From: Lytechinus pictus | Lineage: Eukaryota | Length of the DNA: 64,000 nt | Reading direction: 5' to 3' | NCBI RefSeq assembly: GCF_037042905.1 | Contig: NC_087246.1 | Coordinates: 4,094,001 to 4,158,000, forward strand | Shown: piece after piece, positions 52,052-64,000 of the stretch | Layout: every line of letters starts with the position of its first letter | Numbering within the stretch: the first letter of the stretch is position 1 | Notes under the pieces: model-generated | What the model saw: only the letters and a program-made list of their open reading frames with translations | The model's database searches: none | What the model was told of the DNA's origin: nothing | Position numbers and translations under genes: made by a program

Positions 52052-52600
52052 AGGTCAAGTCCACCCCAACAAAAAGTTGATTTGAATAAACAGAGAAAAA
52101 TCCAACAAGCATAACGCTGAAAATTTCATCAAAATCGAATGTAAAATAAGAAAGTTATGACATTTTAAAATTTCACTTAATTTCACAAAATAGTTATATG
52201 CACATCCTGGTTGGTATGTAAATGAGGAAACTGATGTCATCACTCACTCACTCACTGTTACTTTTGTGTTTTATTATATGAAATATGAAAATTTTTAATT
52301 TTCTCATTGTCCTGTGAAACAAAGTTTTATTTCTCTCTAAACATGTGGAATTACCATTGTCTAACATTTTATGGGGAAATATTGTCTAATTCAAACGAAA
52401 AAAAAAATAGTGAGGGACATCATAGAGTCTCTCATTTGCATGTGTCTAACTAACAACTATTTTGTGAAAAATAAGCCAAACATTTAAAATGTCATAACTT
52501 TCCTATTTTACATCCAACTTTGATGAAATTTTCAGCATTATTCTTGTCTGATTTTTCTATATTGATTAGGATCAACATTTTTCTGAGGTGGACTTGACCT
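52052..52600. mobile_element. Kolobok-type MITE, copy 1
   Basis: AGGTCAAGTCCACC TIR, flanks TTGA / TTAA, long imperfect inverted arms. Confidence 0.82.
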
Positions 52601-52809
52601 TTAAGTTGACCATGACCAAGATTAAATGAAGACCTATAAGATGTTCTAATAGAAGTTACCTGTGATAATATGTCTTTATAAGGTTGTCATCCTTTAGATG
52701 GTCTTTCAGGAGACTAATTAAGAAGTCATAGGGTTGGATAGATTTATGATATCATTTTCATAACTTTATGTGAAATAGTTACATCCATGGGCTGTTAAAC
52801 CTTTCATCT

Positions 52810-53900
52810 TACCTTTACAATGTACACTGCCCCTATCAATGACATTATAAGATCTCATGGTGTTGATGTAATGTTATATGCAGATGACACACAAATGTAT
52901 ATTGTCTTCAATCAATGTGATCGCCAGTTTTCAGTTGAAAAACTGAATGCCTGCATCGTTGATATTAGGAGTTGGGCAACCAAAAATAAACTGTCTCTTA
53001 ATGATGAAAAAACTGAACTTATACATTTCACTTCGAAGTTTCGTACAGAAATAAGTATGATTGATGTAAGGGTTGGCAACAATCATGTTGCTCCTGCTGC
53101 CAATGCTAGAAACTTAGGGGTTATATTTGATAGACATATCAATATGAAAGAGCAGATTAGTTCTATCTGCAAATCTGCCATGATAGCAATCAGATGTATC
53201 AGTCGAATAAGAGGGTTTCTGAATGTAGAGGCAACAAAAAGCCTGGTCCATGCATTTGTCACCAGTCGAATCGACTCATGTAATAGCTTGCTTTTTGGTC
53301 TTCCCCAAAAAGACATACACCGTATACAGATGCTGCAGAATATTGCAGCTAGGCTGGTAACTCGCACTCCTAGACAACACAGCATTACCAGCACCCTGAA
53401 GAAATTACATTGGCTTTCTGTTGAAAAGCGCATCACATTCAAGATTCTTTGTTTAGTTTTTAAAGCTCAGCATGGCTTATCTCCATCATACTTGTCCAAT
53501 TTACTAAATTATTACAACCCACCCCGTAACCTTCGATCAAGCAAACAAGTACTTCTTCAAATTCCCAAAACCCACACAAGCTTTTATGGTAGCAGATCAT
53601 TTGCTGTAGCTGGACCAACCCTTTGGAACAAATTACCCCTACATATCAGACAGGCATCCACTTATTCAACTTTCAAATCCTTACTCAAAACCCACCTTTT
53701 CCGAAACTCATAACTAGGTGTAGTATAGGTATTAATTTTATAGGTAATAATTGTAAGTTTAAATATTAAGTAATTCTGTAATTCACAAGTCTATTTTCTT
53801 TGTTTGTAGCATGTTTACTTTGTAACCTTTATTGTAAAGCGCGTAGAGAAACTTACAGTTTATTATGCGCTATATAAGAAAAGTATTATTATTATTATTA
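52810..53900 (+). mobile_element. 5'-truncated L2-clade LINE with an uninterrupted 297-aa ORF2 C-terminal part (52820-53713)
   Basis: LYADDTQ, LNDEKTE, SRIDSCNSLLFGLP, LHWL, SRSFAVAGPTLWNKLP, FKSLLKTHLF; 3' stem-loop and (ATT)n tail. Confidence 0.95.
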
Positions 53901-54179
53901 AATTTATTATCATCTCAAAATTTTAGAATTTTGATGACAGCTTAGAAAGGGCTCACTTTTAGAATTATGACATACATTAAGTGGCAACCATGATTTGAAT
54001 AGAATTTGTTCTCTTCAGTAAATATGAGGTTGGCACCATAGTCATGCATAATGCTAAAACATAGCTTTTTCTGAGTTGTCATCAGAATTTTTCTTAATTT
54101 TGAGAGACAAGATTTTAAGAGGCAACTGACATTGTTTCAATTCACCACTGGTTCTAGTGGCGATTGATTGCAAACTTAA

Positions 54180-54744
54180 AGGTCAAGTCCACCCCAGAAA
54201 AAATGTTGATTTGAATAAATGGAGAAAAATCAAACTAGCACAACACTGAAAATTTCATCAAAATCGGATGTAAAATAAGAAAGTTATGACATTTTAAAGT
54301 TTCGATTATCTTTTACAAAAGAGTGATATGCACAACTGAGTGACATGCAAATGAGATAGTCGATGATGTCCCTCACTCACTACTTCTTTTGTTTTTTATT
54401 GTTTGAATTATACAATATTTCATTTTTTTACAAATTTGACAATAAGGACCGACTTGACTGAACCATATAGTATCAAACAATGCCAATTCCACATGTTCAG
54501 GGAGGAATTAATCGTTGTTTCACTTGGCAATGAGGAGAAAATTCGAATATTTCATATTTCATCAGTCTCCTCATTTACATACAGACCAGGATGTGCATAT
54601 AACTATTTTGTGAAATTAAGCGAAACTTTAAAATGTCATAACTTTCTTATTTTAAATCCGATTTTGATGAAATTTTCAGTGTTATGTTTGTTGGATTTTT
54701 CTCTTTTTATTAAAATCAACTTTTTGTTGGAGTGGACTTGTCCT
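54180..54744. mobile_element. Kolobok-type MITE, copy 2 (inverted relative to copy 1)
   Basis: TTAA|AGGTCAAGTCCAC ... GTGGACTTGTCCT|TTAA. Confidence 0.85.
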
Positions 54745-55407
54745 TTAAAGAGATTATATCAGAAAATGATTATGGGTCATTCTTTAATTCTGTACCTCAA
54801 CATTAATTCTAAGTGAAATAAACTTGACAGAATGGCTCCCATTTCTTTCAAAAGAGATCTGTTTATTACTGGTATTATTCAGTACTAATGCCATCTCTCA
54901 CTGCTCTGTCTGCATTTAGCATATCCTGTCAAATATTGAACACAGAGCAGAGGTTTTCTTCTTCATATTGTTAGTACAGTAAACTATGAATTAGTCAACC
55001 TTCCATAAGTCAAATAATTGCCTAATTCAAATCATTATTCTAGAGCAGAATATACAAAAAGTGAGTTAACTACATCTTCTTAATAGTCAAATTTTGTCTA
55101 AGACGTACAGATCTCTGTGGTCCACAGATATTTGACTTAGGCAGAGTCACATGTATTGCCTATACTATACTGTATGGCCAGAATTTGCAAAAACTGTTCT
55201 TATGGTACCATGGTACAAAACTGTGGATTATACAGATTCTATGTACATAATTATGCTTATTTCATCAATTAAAGTATGAAAAGTCAATCATAAATACATG
55301 CTTTTGCCAATGGGCACTAAATACACAAATCTGCATAGTCCATGGTTTTGTACCATGGTGCATTTGAAACCACCTCTGCAGATTCAGGCAAGAATGTTTA
55401 TACTTAC

Positions 55408-55512
55408 CGAAGTAATCTTATAGGTCTCAATATGATGATATACTGGAAGTTTTTATCTGCTGCTTGTGTGACAACACCAATGAAAGCTGTGACAGTGATA
55501 ATGAAGTCAAAC
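55408..55512 (-). CDS. TPCN1: TPC1 exon, IIS3-S4 (FDFIITVTAFIGVVTQAADKNFQYIIILRPIRLLR)
   Basis: tttag/GTAAGT, 105 nt; FDF start of S3 and LRPxRLLR S4 motif. Confidence 0.95.
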
Positions 55513-56286
55513 CTAAAGATACACAACACAGATAAACATCAATGATAAATACACAATGAAGGAAATAAGAGCCAAATGAAGACATGTGAGGTTTATCTAT
55601 CCAATATCATATCATCAGTCATGTATTCCATGACATTGAGGCAAAGACTCAGCTGCAAATATAAAATGATAATACTGAATGTATCACTTGATCTTATACA
55701 TGACGCTTTAGGTCCATTAACCCACAACGTACAATAAAAAGGACAAAGATATATGAAGATAAAAACATCAGGGAATTTCACCAATTAGAATTCAGAAAAT
55801 ACTTTTATATATATAAGTAGATTTTAAAGGAACTTTGCACCTAAGCTTTTGAAAAAAAATTAATGATGCAAAAAAGATCAACAACATTTTTCAATGTACA
55901 GATACGGTAAGTCATAAAGTCAAATTAAATCACTTATTCAACTCCACACATATAATATATGTATGCTTTGAGTACACAACAAAATGGTTTAAGTTGCACA
56001 AATGACATCATAATGCTTTCATTAGGACAGCAAGACTCATTTAATATGATGTCAAAATTTCATCACTAAATCAGGAGTCTTGTTGACTGGTGTCCTTGAC
56101 TTCATGACATTTTAAGCTAAGTTTTCAAAAGAATTTGAATGGTTCACATTTTTTATTGCTTTTTCAACAATAAAACTTCCTTGCCTTTGCAATATATTTT
56201 TATGCCTCCTATCTTTTGGACACAGAAAAATGTTGCAAGATTCATCAATAGGCCTACATGTGTAAGCAAGATTTTTATCAACTTAC

Positions 56287-56359
56287 AGATTCCAACCTAC
56301 AGTGAAGTAACATCTTGGTCCAAAACCAAGAATCTTGAGCAAGGCCTCCATGACATAAA
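56287..56359 (-). CDS. TPCN1: TPC1 exon, IIS2 (FYVMEALLKILGFGPRCYFTVGWNL)
   Basis: tttcag/GTAAGT, 73 nt; voltage-gated channel S2 motif ExxLKIxGxG...WN. Confidence 0.95.
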
Positions 56360-56827
56360 CTGAAAGAATATAGACCATTAGAGAGTGAGGGTCATTTTTA
56401 CACAATTAAGTAAGCATCAACATAAAAAAAATACTATCTGAAAGCTGCCATTATTCCTGTTTATATTTCTTATTCTAAGATTATTCAATTCCCACATCAT
56501 ACTATTCATGAAATATTGACCTTTCTTTTTCCTATTCTTTAGGATTCTTTAAAAAGGGAGATTGAACATGAACATACATGTATGTACTTGATTCTGTTCA
56601 AGCTTACTTTTAGATTTTAAGATAAAGTTGCCCATATAATAATGTTTGTTTTTCCACAAAAAATGACTTTTCTTCAGACAACTAAAAAGCTTTTTTTTTT
56701 CTTTTAACTGTAATTTTGTGTTAACTGCATGTACAAAATAACACTCTTAGTATGCATTTTATATTTTTTATGACCTTCTTAAATAAAAAAAAATCATCTT
56801 GTAGTGAAAACAGTTTGCATCACTTAC

Positions 56828-56884
56828 ATCCAACAAAAAACCAGTCATACCAAGCTACATCATATTCCTCTGAAAGTGTGTGCC
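56828..56884 (-). CDS. TPCN1: TPC1 exon, IIS1-S2 loop and start of S2 (RHTLSEEYDVAWYDWFFVG)
   Basis: ccacag acceptor, GTAAGT donor, 57 nt, keeps frame between the neighbouring exons. Confidence 0.85.
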
Positions 56885-57397
56885 CTGTGGAGATAAGAAA
56901 AGTATTAAGATAGACATTAATAAAGCACTGTATAAAAGGCAAAAGTGGAATATTAATGTTATTATTTGAATAAAATATGAGAAAAGGGCAGGAGGGAGGG
57001 TGACAGGGAGTGATGTATGAGAATAGGAGAGAGAGAGAGAAAGAAAGACAGGACAGAGAAAGGAAAGGGGACAAGAGAAACAATTATTATATATTATTTT
57101 TGATTAAATTAATTGTTATTGGTTGCTGCTCCTGCGACTACTCAATTCGCTGACTCAAGCCAGCCTTCTTTCAACTACTCAAGCCTTTCTACTTCTCAGC
57201 TTTCCACTCCTGGTTTACAGTCCTTTTAAGGACTACACTTATTTAAAAAAGAATACTCTACTTTCAAACCTCCACTTTCTCTTCTTTCCAATTCTATCTA
57301 CTTTTCTTATCTTAGTCCCTCCAGGACTTTATACATGGTGTATCGTAAACCTCTTCCGCGATAGCATATATTTTTTTTTCAAACATTTTAGTCTTTC

Positions 57398-57722
57398 AGC
57401 GCCATGGTGTAGCGGTTCTGACTCTTGCCTTGTAATCAGAGGGTCATGTGTTCGAATCCCACCATGGCCTAGCGTCCTTTGGCAAGACGTCAATCCATAA
57501 TTTGCCACTCTCCACCCAGGTGTTAAATGGGTAGTATGCCTAGCAATTGAGTCTTGGAACTCTTGTTGGAATGTTCCCCAGGGAGTGGAGAAAGTGCATA
57601 CATTGTATGCGGGCATGCCAGGATCCGGTGACTGGGATAATAATAATTGCAATGTAAAGCGCTAAGAGACGTTATTCCGATGTGTTAAGCGCTATATAAA
57701 TGCGGAATATTATTATCATTAT
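57398..57722 (+). mobile_element. tRNA-derived SINE with L2-type tail
   Basis: TGGTGTAGCGG A box, GTTCGAATCC B box, CCACCCAGGTGTTAAATGGGTA core, AAGCGC...AGCGCTATATAAA(ATT)n tail. Confidence 0.88.
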
Positions 57723-59134
57723 TTCATTTCATGGTGTTGAGATTATTTTCTAATACTCTGAAAACATGACATATACAGGAATCTCCAAATGTGTCCTGAT
57801 AGGAAGGAAACATGATCTCACAGAGTGTAGTGCTATGCACAATTTAGACAGTATTGACCTGAATAAAAGTCCAATAACCCACATGACAATGAATACGCAC
57901 TTTATTAAACAGAACATGAAGTTCCCACAGAACTGGAAATGCAGACTGTTCTAAATGAGTTCTAATAGAGATCTTCTCGTCCATGTCCCTAATCTCTCTG
58001 CCACACTCTGGGGTTGCCAAGAGGAAGTGTGAGGTCAAAGGGGGTCACATGGAGTGTTGGGATAGGATCAGTGCCTGACGACGGATGCTGGATCAAGATT
58101 TGGTCCAGAGTGGATTATTCGACTCCCCATAGCAGAAAGCTGATTGGTCGAAACCTCTGAACAACAGCCTAAAGTTAAGCTAAACTCATCCCTTACCTCT
58201 ACCATATATCATTCCCTTGAGAAAATTTTTGAAGACTGAATGCAGGGGGGGGGGGGTTTAAATCTCTGTGTCTCCACGAAGCATTTAAGCTACGCTTATT
58301 TTGCGGCGTCATCGAACGTGGGTTCAACAACCCCGTGTCATGATTGCTGGTGAGTTTTCTTTTTCTCTTTGGAGTTGAATGTTTATTCAGTTAGGGACAA
58401 TTGTCACCTTCCTCTAACAAATCCCTACCTTGATTGATGTTAGAGGCAGGTATCACAAAGGACTGATCAATGATGATGGATTGAGTTATAATTTACTTTC
58501 TTTTCAACCACCATAGACAGTGAGGAGAATATATCAGGTGTACAGAGAGACTTTGCTGTATCATTCGGCTATTGACTCTTTCAAATAAAAAGAAGACTAT
58601 TCCTATACAATATGCATATGATCCATCAAGAAACCATAAACAAGAAGTGGGCTTAATCTCCTCTTCTTTATTAGGATAAATTCTATTTCTACCCACTACG
58701 TTTAGATGATCATGTCAAGAGGATACGCAGCATTCAAAACAACAATATGACCTACATTTCAAAGGTAAACAAACTTTCAAAACTTTCCCATGATGACACA
58801 ACCAAGCATAGCATACAGCAACCTGTTGTTGTTTTTTGTAAACAGTTTATCTTTATTTTTTACTTTTTTTCACAGGAGAGGAGATATGGCATTATGGGTG
58901 GGCAAAGGTCAAAGAATATCTACATGCATGTCTCAAAAAGTTTGGTATGGCATTTTGTAAAGGCAATTTGTACAGTTTGTTGACTAAGGACACTAAAGCA
59001 GCTTATATAAGTGCTTCACTCACGAGAAAAGACCCTTTTCATAATCAACATAGCCTGTTTTCCTTTAGAATTCATTATTATGTGTATTATAAAATACTCT
59101 GACAACAGACAAGTCAACTAATCATCAATAATGT

Positions 59135-59393
59135 GGAGCGTTGTGGCCCAGTGGATTAGTCTTCTGACTTTGAAACAGAGGGTCGTGGGTTTGAATCTCA
59201 GCTAGAAATTTATCCACATTGTGCTGCACTCAACCAGGTGAGGTGAATGGGTACCCGGCAGGATAAATTCCTTGAATGCATGAGCGCTGAAAGGCAACTC
59301 GAGCCAAAGCCGGGGTATTATTAACAACGCGCCTCAGAATAGAATATTTCGAGATAGATGGCGCTATATAAATGCCTATTATTATTATTATTA
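59135..59393 (+). mobile_element. tRNA-derived SINE with L2-type tail
   Basis: TGGCCCAGTGG A box, GGTTTGAATC B box, CCAGGTGAGGTGAATGGGTAC core, GCGCTATATAAA(ATT)n tail. Confidence 0.85.
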
Positions 59394-60248
59394 ATAAAAC
59401 TAAAATGCAAATATTGATTTTATTTTGGCAAGTATGCACAATAACTGAAAATGCGAAAATCAATTTCTGCCTGCTCCTGAAAAGGTCGGTGTAACTTCAC
59501 TTACTATTCAAATAGTACACTAATGCTTCGCCAAGAGCCATTTCCCCTCGATCTTTTTTTTAAATGTTCATCATTGCTGCAGGTAATTAATCAACTCCAA
59601 TTATTGCAGCAAATGCAATACCAAAACCCAATCCAATCTCAGCGATACTCTAGCTCCAAATCCCCCATTCTTAAATCCAACATGTCAAATCACAGTTCCA
59701 CAATTTGTATGGATTAGGATTTAATAATCCCTAAATCCCTTGCCCCCCATTCAATCCCATTGGCATGGGACTAAGTAGTGTGTCTTCTCTCTGCTCCAGT
59801 TTCTGACTTTGCTTACTTCTTAATTTCATTGTGACATCTATAGGGGAAGAAACTCAATGATTGATGTACGGTTGCAAGCTCTATTGCTGACATATAGGCT
59901 TTGCGCACATTTCTTAGATTATTCATTCTTACAGCAATAAACAGTGTTTGGCATAGATGTGGATGAATGAATTAGTTCCCTAAACTATGATTTGTGTCAT
60001 GAATGCTTATCTCATTTTCAATACAAATATGACATGCACAAATATATGTATATATAACTGGTCAATTATTTATAAAGAAATACAAAATATAACTGTAAAT
60101 GAAAACAGATTACGTACTGTGAGTCCTATTAATAGAAAAATTGTTTAAATGTTTTTTTAAAGAAAAATAGAGTTTCCAAACAGTTAAGTAAATTTAATTG
60201 TAGGCCTATAGCAAGATTAAGAAAAAAAGGGAAGTAGAAATTACTTAC

Positions 60249-60305
60249 TTGATGCTATGATGGTCTTGATGATAAAGACTATACCATTGATTGCAATGAT
60301 GATAT
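60249..60305 (-). CDS. TPCN1: TPC1 exon, domain II S1 (xIIIAINGIVFIIKTIIAS); no upstream exons found in the window
   Basis: tacag acceptor, GTAAGT donor, 57 nt, phase 1/1; resembles the TPC1 IIS1 segment (VVAVNG). Confidence 0.85.
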
Positions 60306-61464
60306 CTGTATTGGGAGAATCAAATATTGCACATCATAAGTAGGAAATAGAGACTAAAATACATGCAATTTTATTGATTTCCAATATAAGTACATGTAGA
60401 CTTAAAAAACTTAGTCTGAAGAATGATTGATAATAATTTGTATATTAAACTTAAAATAAGGTTCTGTTGATTGAAAAAAAAACCGGATCATACATCTCAT
60501 AACAACAATATATGAATCATTAAGCAACGACACCACCCCCAAAAAAGCTGCATTACAACATAATACATTTATTCTCTACATCCATACAAGAGTTAACAAA
60601 AATAATGTATTTTCTTATACATGTTCTCCAATATCATTGGTTAACTCTAGCATACACATGTACTGAACTATAGAAACATAACACTATAAAAACAAACAGT
60701 CCATCCCAGACAAGTCTATGATCTCAAAACCCTCTTTCTCACTTTCACCTACATGTATATCACAGCCTCTTTCCATATATCATACACAATGTCTGGTGAT
60801 CTCAAGCCTAGTTACTGTCTCCTTTCAAAGAGCTCAAGAAGCAACTCTGAATACATTATTTCATGCAATTTCAGGCAAGCATTGGGTATAGCATCAATTG
60901 TTACGAACTATTTTTGTCTCAAAAGAGTCACTATTTTACTGGAATAAGACCATGTCACACCATCTATAATCAATGTATTCTTTGCATCACTTATATGCTT
61001 TTGAAAAAACAACCCTCAGTTGAAAGTCTTTGTATGCTTAAAAGATGCTAAGTCATCCTAGCTCATGAATGCTATCACTATCAAGTTTCAACCATCTGTT
61101 AGTTCTGTGCACATGACAGAGTAGGTGCTGATCAGTTACTGCCTTGCTCTCATTGTATACACATTTTCACATCTTTCTTGTATTTTTTCTACCCCTTATT
61201 TTTTCCATAACTTTCAATTTGTAGAAGATTAAAATGACAGAAGAGATGTTGGATGAGAGGAATTGTTTCTCATATCAGCTGATATATGAAATTTAAAAGG
61301 ATCTAATGGAAAAGGGGACAAATGGTAAAATAGAGAGGGGGGAATCTATTGTATACCAACTCATGATATATTTTTGCCCTTCCCTTACCCTCATTGCCTC
61401 CTTTACCTCCCTCTCTCTCTCTCTCTCTCTCTCTGTTCTTTCTTCTCTTTGATAAAATAGCTGG

Positions 61465-61725
61465 GTATATAAAGCGCTTTTTGCCTAAGGATATACAACG
61501 CGCTGCTATTATTAACCCGGGTTTAGCTTCACTGCCCATATAAGCGCTCAAGCATTTTTAGAATTTCATCCTAGTATACTGGGTACACATTTACCTCACC
61601 TGGGTTGAGTGCAGCACAATGTGGGTAAATTTCTTGCTGAAGGAAAACACGCCATGGCTGAGAATCGAACCCACGTCTCTCCGAATGAGAGACAAGAGTT
61701 AAGAGCACTAGACCAAGATGCCGCC
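61465..61725 (-). mobile_element. tRNA-derived SINE, same family as 59135-59393
   Basis: GGTTCGATTC B box; shared TTTAxCCACATTGTGCTGCACTCAAC(C)CAGGTGAGGT body. Confidence 0.82.
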
Positions 61726-64000
61726 CTCTCCCCTTCTCTGTCTCATTTCTCTGCTCCTCTCTGTCTCATCTTTATTCCCCTCTCTCTCCCACTCTATCTC
61801 TGCCCATCGACCTATCCCCTCCACCCTCTCTTCTTCCCTTACCTCCTCTCTCTGTCTTTCTATCTTCATATAACCCTTCTCCCACTCAAACTTTACTTTT
61901 TCCCAATTTCTACCATCCTCTTTATTCTGTACAAGGTACCCATAACAATGTAATTATCACATGCACATGCTAAATCATCACCACATATACCGTAAGATCA
62001 GCTTAATACTTTGATCTATGTATGTGCATAAAACGGATAGCTGTTACATGAGATGGTGGTATGCAGGGTAAACATATTGTCCTCCATAATGGAGTGTCTG
62101 AATTTGTCATCTCAAGCAAAGCATTTATCATTGACAATCTCCTGAGAGTGTGATCTAGCCACTGTCATCAGTCACTCTGGTGTAAATCTTCTTTTCATCC
62201 CTACTGTCATCAATTCTTCTTCATGAGACAAGAAACGCCTCACCACGATGCTATCAAAACCTTCATTTCAAAATACAATGCAATACATCATGTCAATGCC
62301 AATGGCATCAAACAGAACAATCTATGAGGAAAACCCCATCTTTCAGCAAATATCCTAAAATCCTGATTTTCTACAATATAACTTGTTATAATAGTAAAAC
62401 AATTTTGCTCATAACTATATCAGCTTATGTAGGCCTTGAACATTCTCTTGAACTTTACAATACTATTTCGTTACTCAGGCTGTTCAAATTTTTCCTTTGT
62501 GTGAAAGAAAATTTCAAAAATTGTGTTATGCTCTTGGAAAAGAATTGGTAGCTAGAATTTTACAGATTTTCAATTGTGGTTCTGAGGTTTGTTTCCTGGA
62601 TTGATTGAAATACTGCCTAACCATTGAATCTGTGGACTGAAATCTATACCCCAAACCTCAGACCTACTCCCCAATACCACCACAAGTGGTAGTGTGTGTT
62701 TACCCTTCAAAAGTGGAAGATTAACCCCTCTGACACCTTCACTAAGGTCCTGATTACACCCCTTCCTTACCCTATTCACATCTAAAAGATAAACCATGCT
62801 AAGAGGAGAAAAATATGTAATATGAACAGGGAATGTACATGGGACATGAAATGCAAGTTATGTTTTCAAATCTTATTCCATATGACAAACAAATGGATAC
62901 TCAAAGAAACGGTGCCGTAGCAGTACACATAATTTGAGAAAAAGAAGTATCCCCCACCCTTCCCATAATACCTACTATAAATCTGATAAAGTCCAAGCTA
63001 ACAAACATATATTTTGGGCACGGATATTCAGGGCATATTGTTTATATTATCAACCCATATTCATAAAAGTAAAAAAAAATTATTATGTCAGTGGAAATAA
63101 TTTAACCCTATGAAATAGATCGTCATGGTCTGCCTGTGGAACCAAAGATCATGGGTTCGTGTCCACCCAGGGGAGATGCCTAGAGTCTACATTGTGTGAA
63201 AAAAAAATAATGTCCCTTGGAAAAGGTGTTAAATCATGACCTCATATAGAGGAGACTCTCCACCTTTGCATGTTAAGTGCCTAAAGTAATATTACCTGGG
63301 CCCCGTTGCATGAAAGTTACTATTATGTGAGAAATACAAAATCCCATGTACAGAGGATTCAGCTAAATATGCTTTTCCACTTCTTCAAACCATGAGAAAA
63401 AAGTCACAGACTCTACTTTCCCTACTTCTATACATTTAGAATAAAAAAAATTCAGCAGCTCCAATGCTCTTTTGGAACTTAAATGAGCTTTTGTCAACTT
63501 AAAAAAAAATATTTGTAAGCTAATTTCACCTTACCCCTGTCTATCTACTCTACTGTAATCAACTTGATTCTTAAATTTAGAATGTGAAGTGGGTATTGAC
63601 AAGAGTCAAGACAGAATTCATCTAATCCAGCATTCTGATCCAGTCACCTTAATAGTTCCCCCCTTGGTCGGTAAGAATCAAGGGAACAAGAGTGCATATG
63701 ACACCACCATATGTTGTTCTTACTGGCCACATGCACTCTCTGTGGGTACTTGCTCACTGCCAAAATGATTGCATGTTGATGAATGCACAACCCTCTTTTC
63801 TCCATCAAATGATTGGAGTATTCTTGTATCATCAACAAAAGGACAAATGAAACATGGGCTTATGCCCAGGTTGGGAAATAGATCAATCCTCATGATGTCA
63901 ATGACCAATAAATAAATGTGAAAGGTAGATGTTCTCAAACAGTATTTATTCTCTCTTGAAATAACCATACATGTTTAAATATTAGTGTATTATAAGCCTA

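Noticed and set aside
52820..53713. 297-aa ORF as a host gene
   Set aside because: It is the C-terminal part of an L2 ORF2, 5'-truncated within the RT domain and followed by an L2 tail.

Overview
AT-rich, intron-containing animal DNA, most likely a sea urchin (inferred from the syntaxin N-terminus and the repeat landscape). I assembled two spliced minus-strand genes by hand; apart from parts of three TPC1 exons, the ORF track misses them. (1) The 3' half of a two-pore channel TPC1 gene: 13 coding exons, 60305 down to the stop at 40144, all GT-AG and in phase. (2) The first three coding exons of a syntaxin-1 gene: ATG at 22272, then an 18.8 kb intron 1, continuing off the left edge. The rest is a dense, often nested transposon patchwork: L2, Tx1/L1 and RTE LINE fragments, tRNA-headed SINEs, a disrupted Tc1, Helentron-associated (Pearl/HINE-like) elements and many non-autonomous DNA elements. 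The most unusual item is a 172-bp SINE at 27148-27319 whose head matches the 7SL (SRP) RNA Alu domain rather than a tRNA. No CRISPR arrays, rRNA genes or bona fide tRNA genes were seen. All family assignments come from motif recognition, not database searches.
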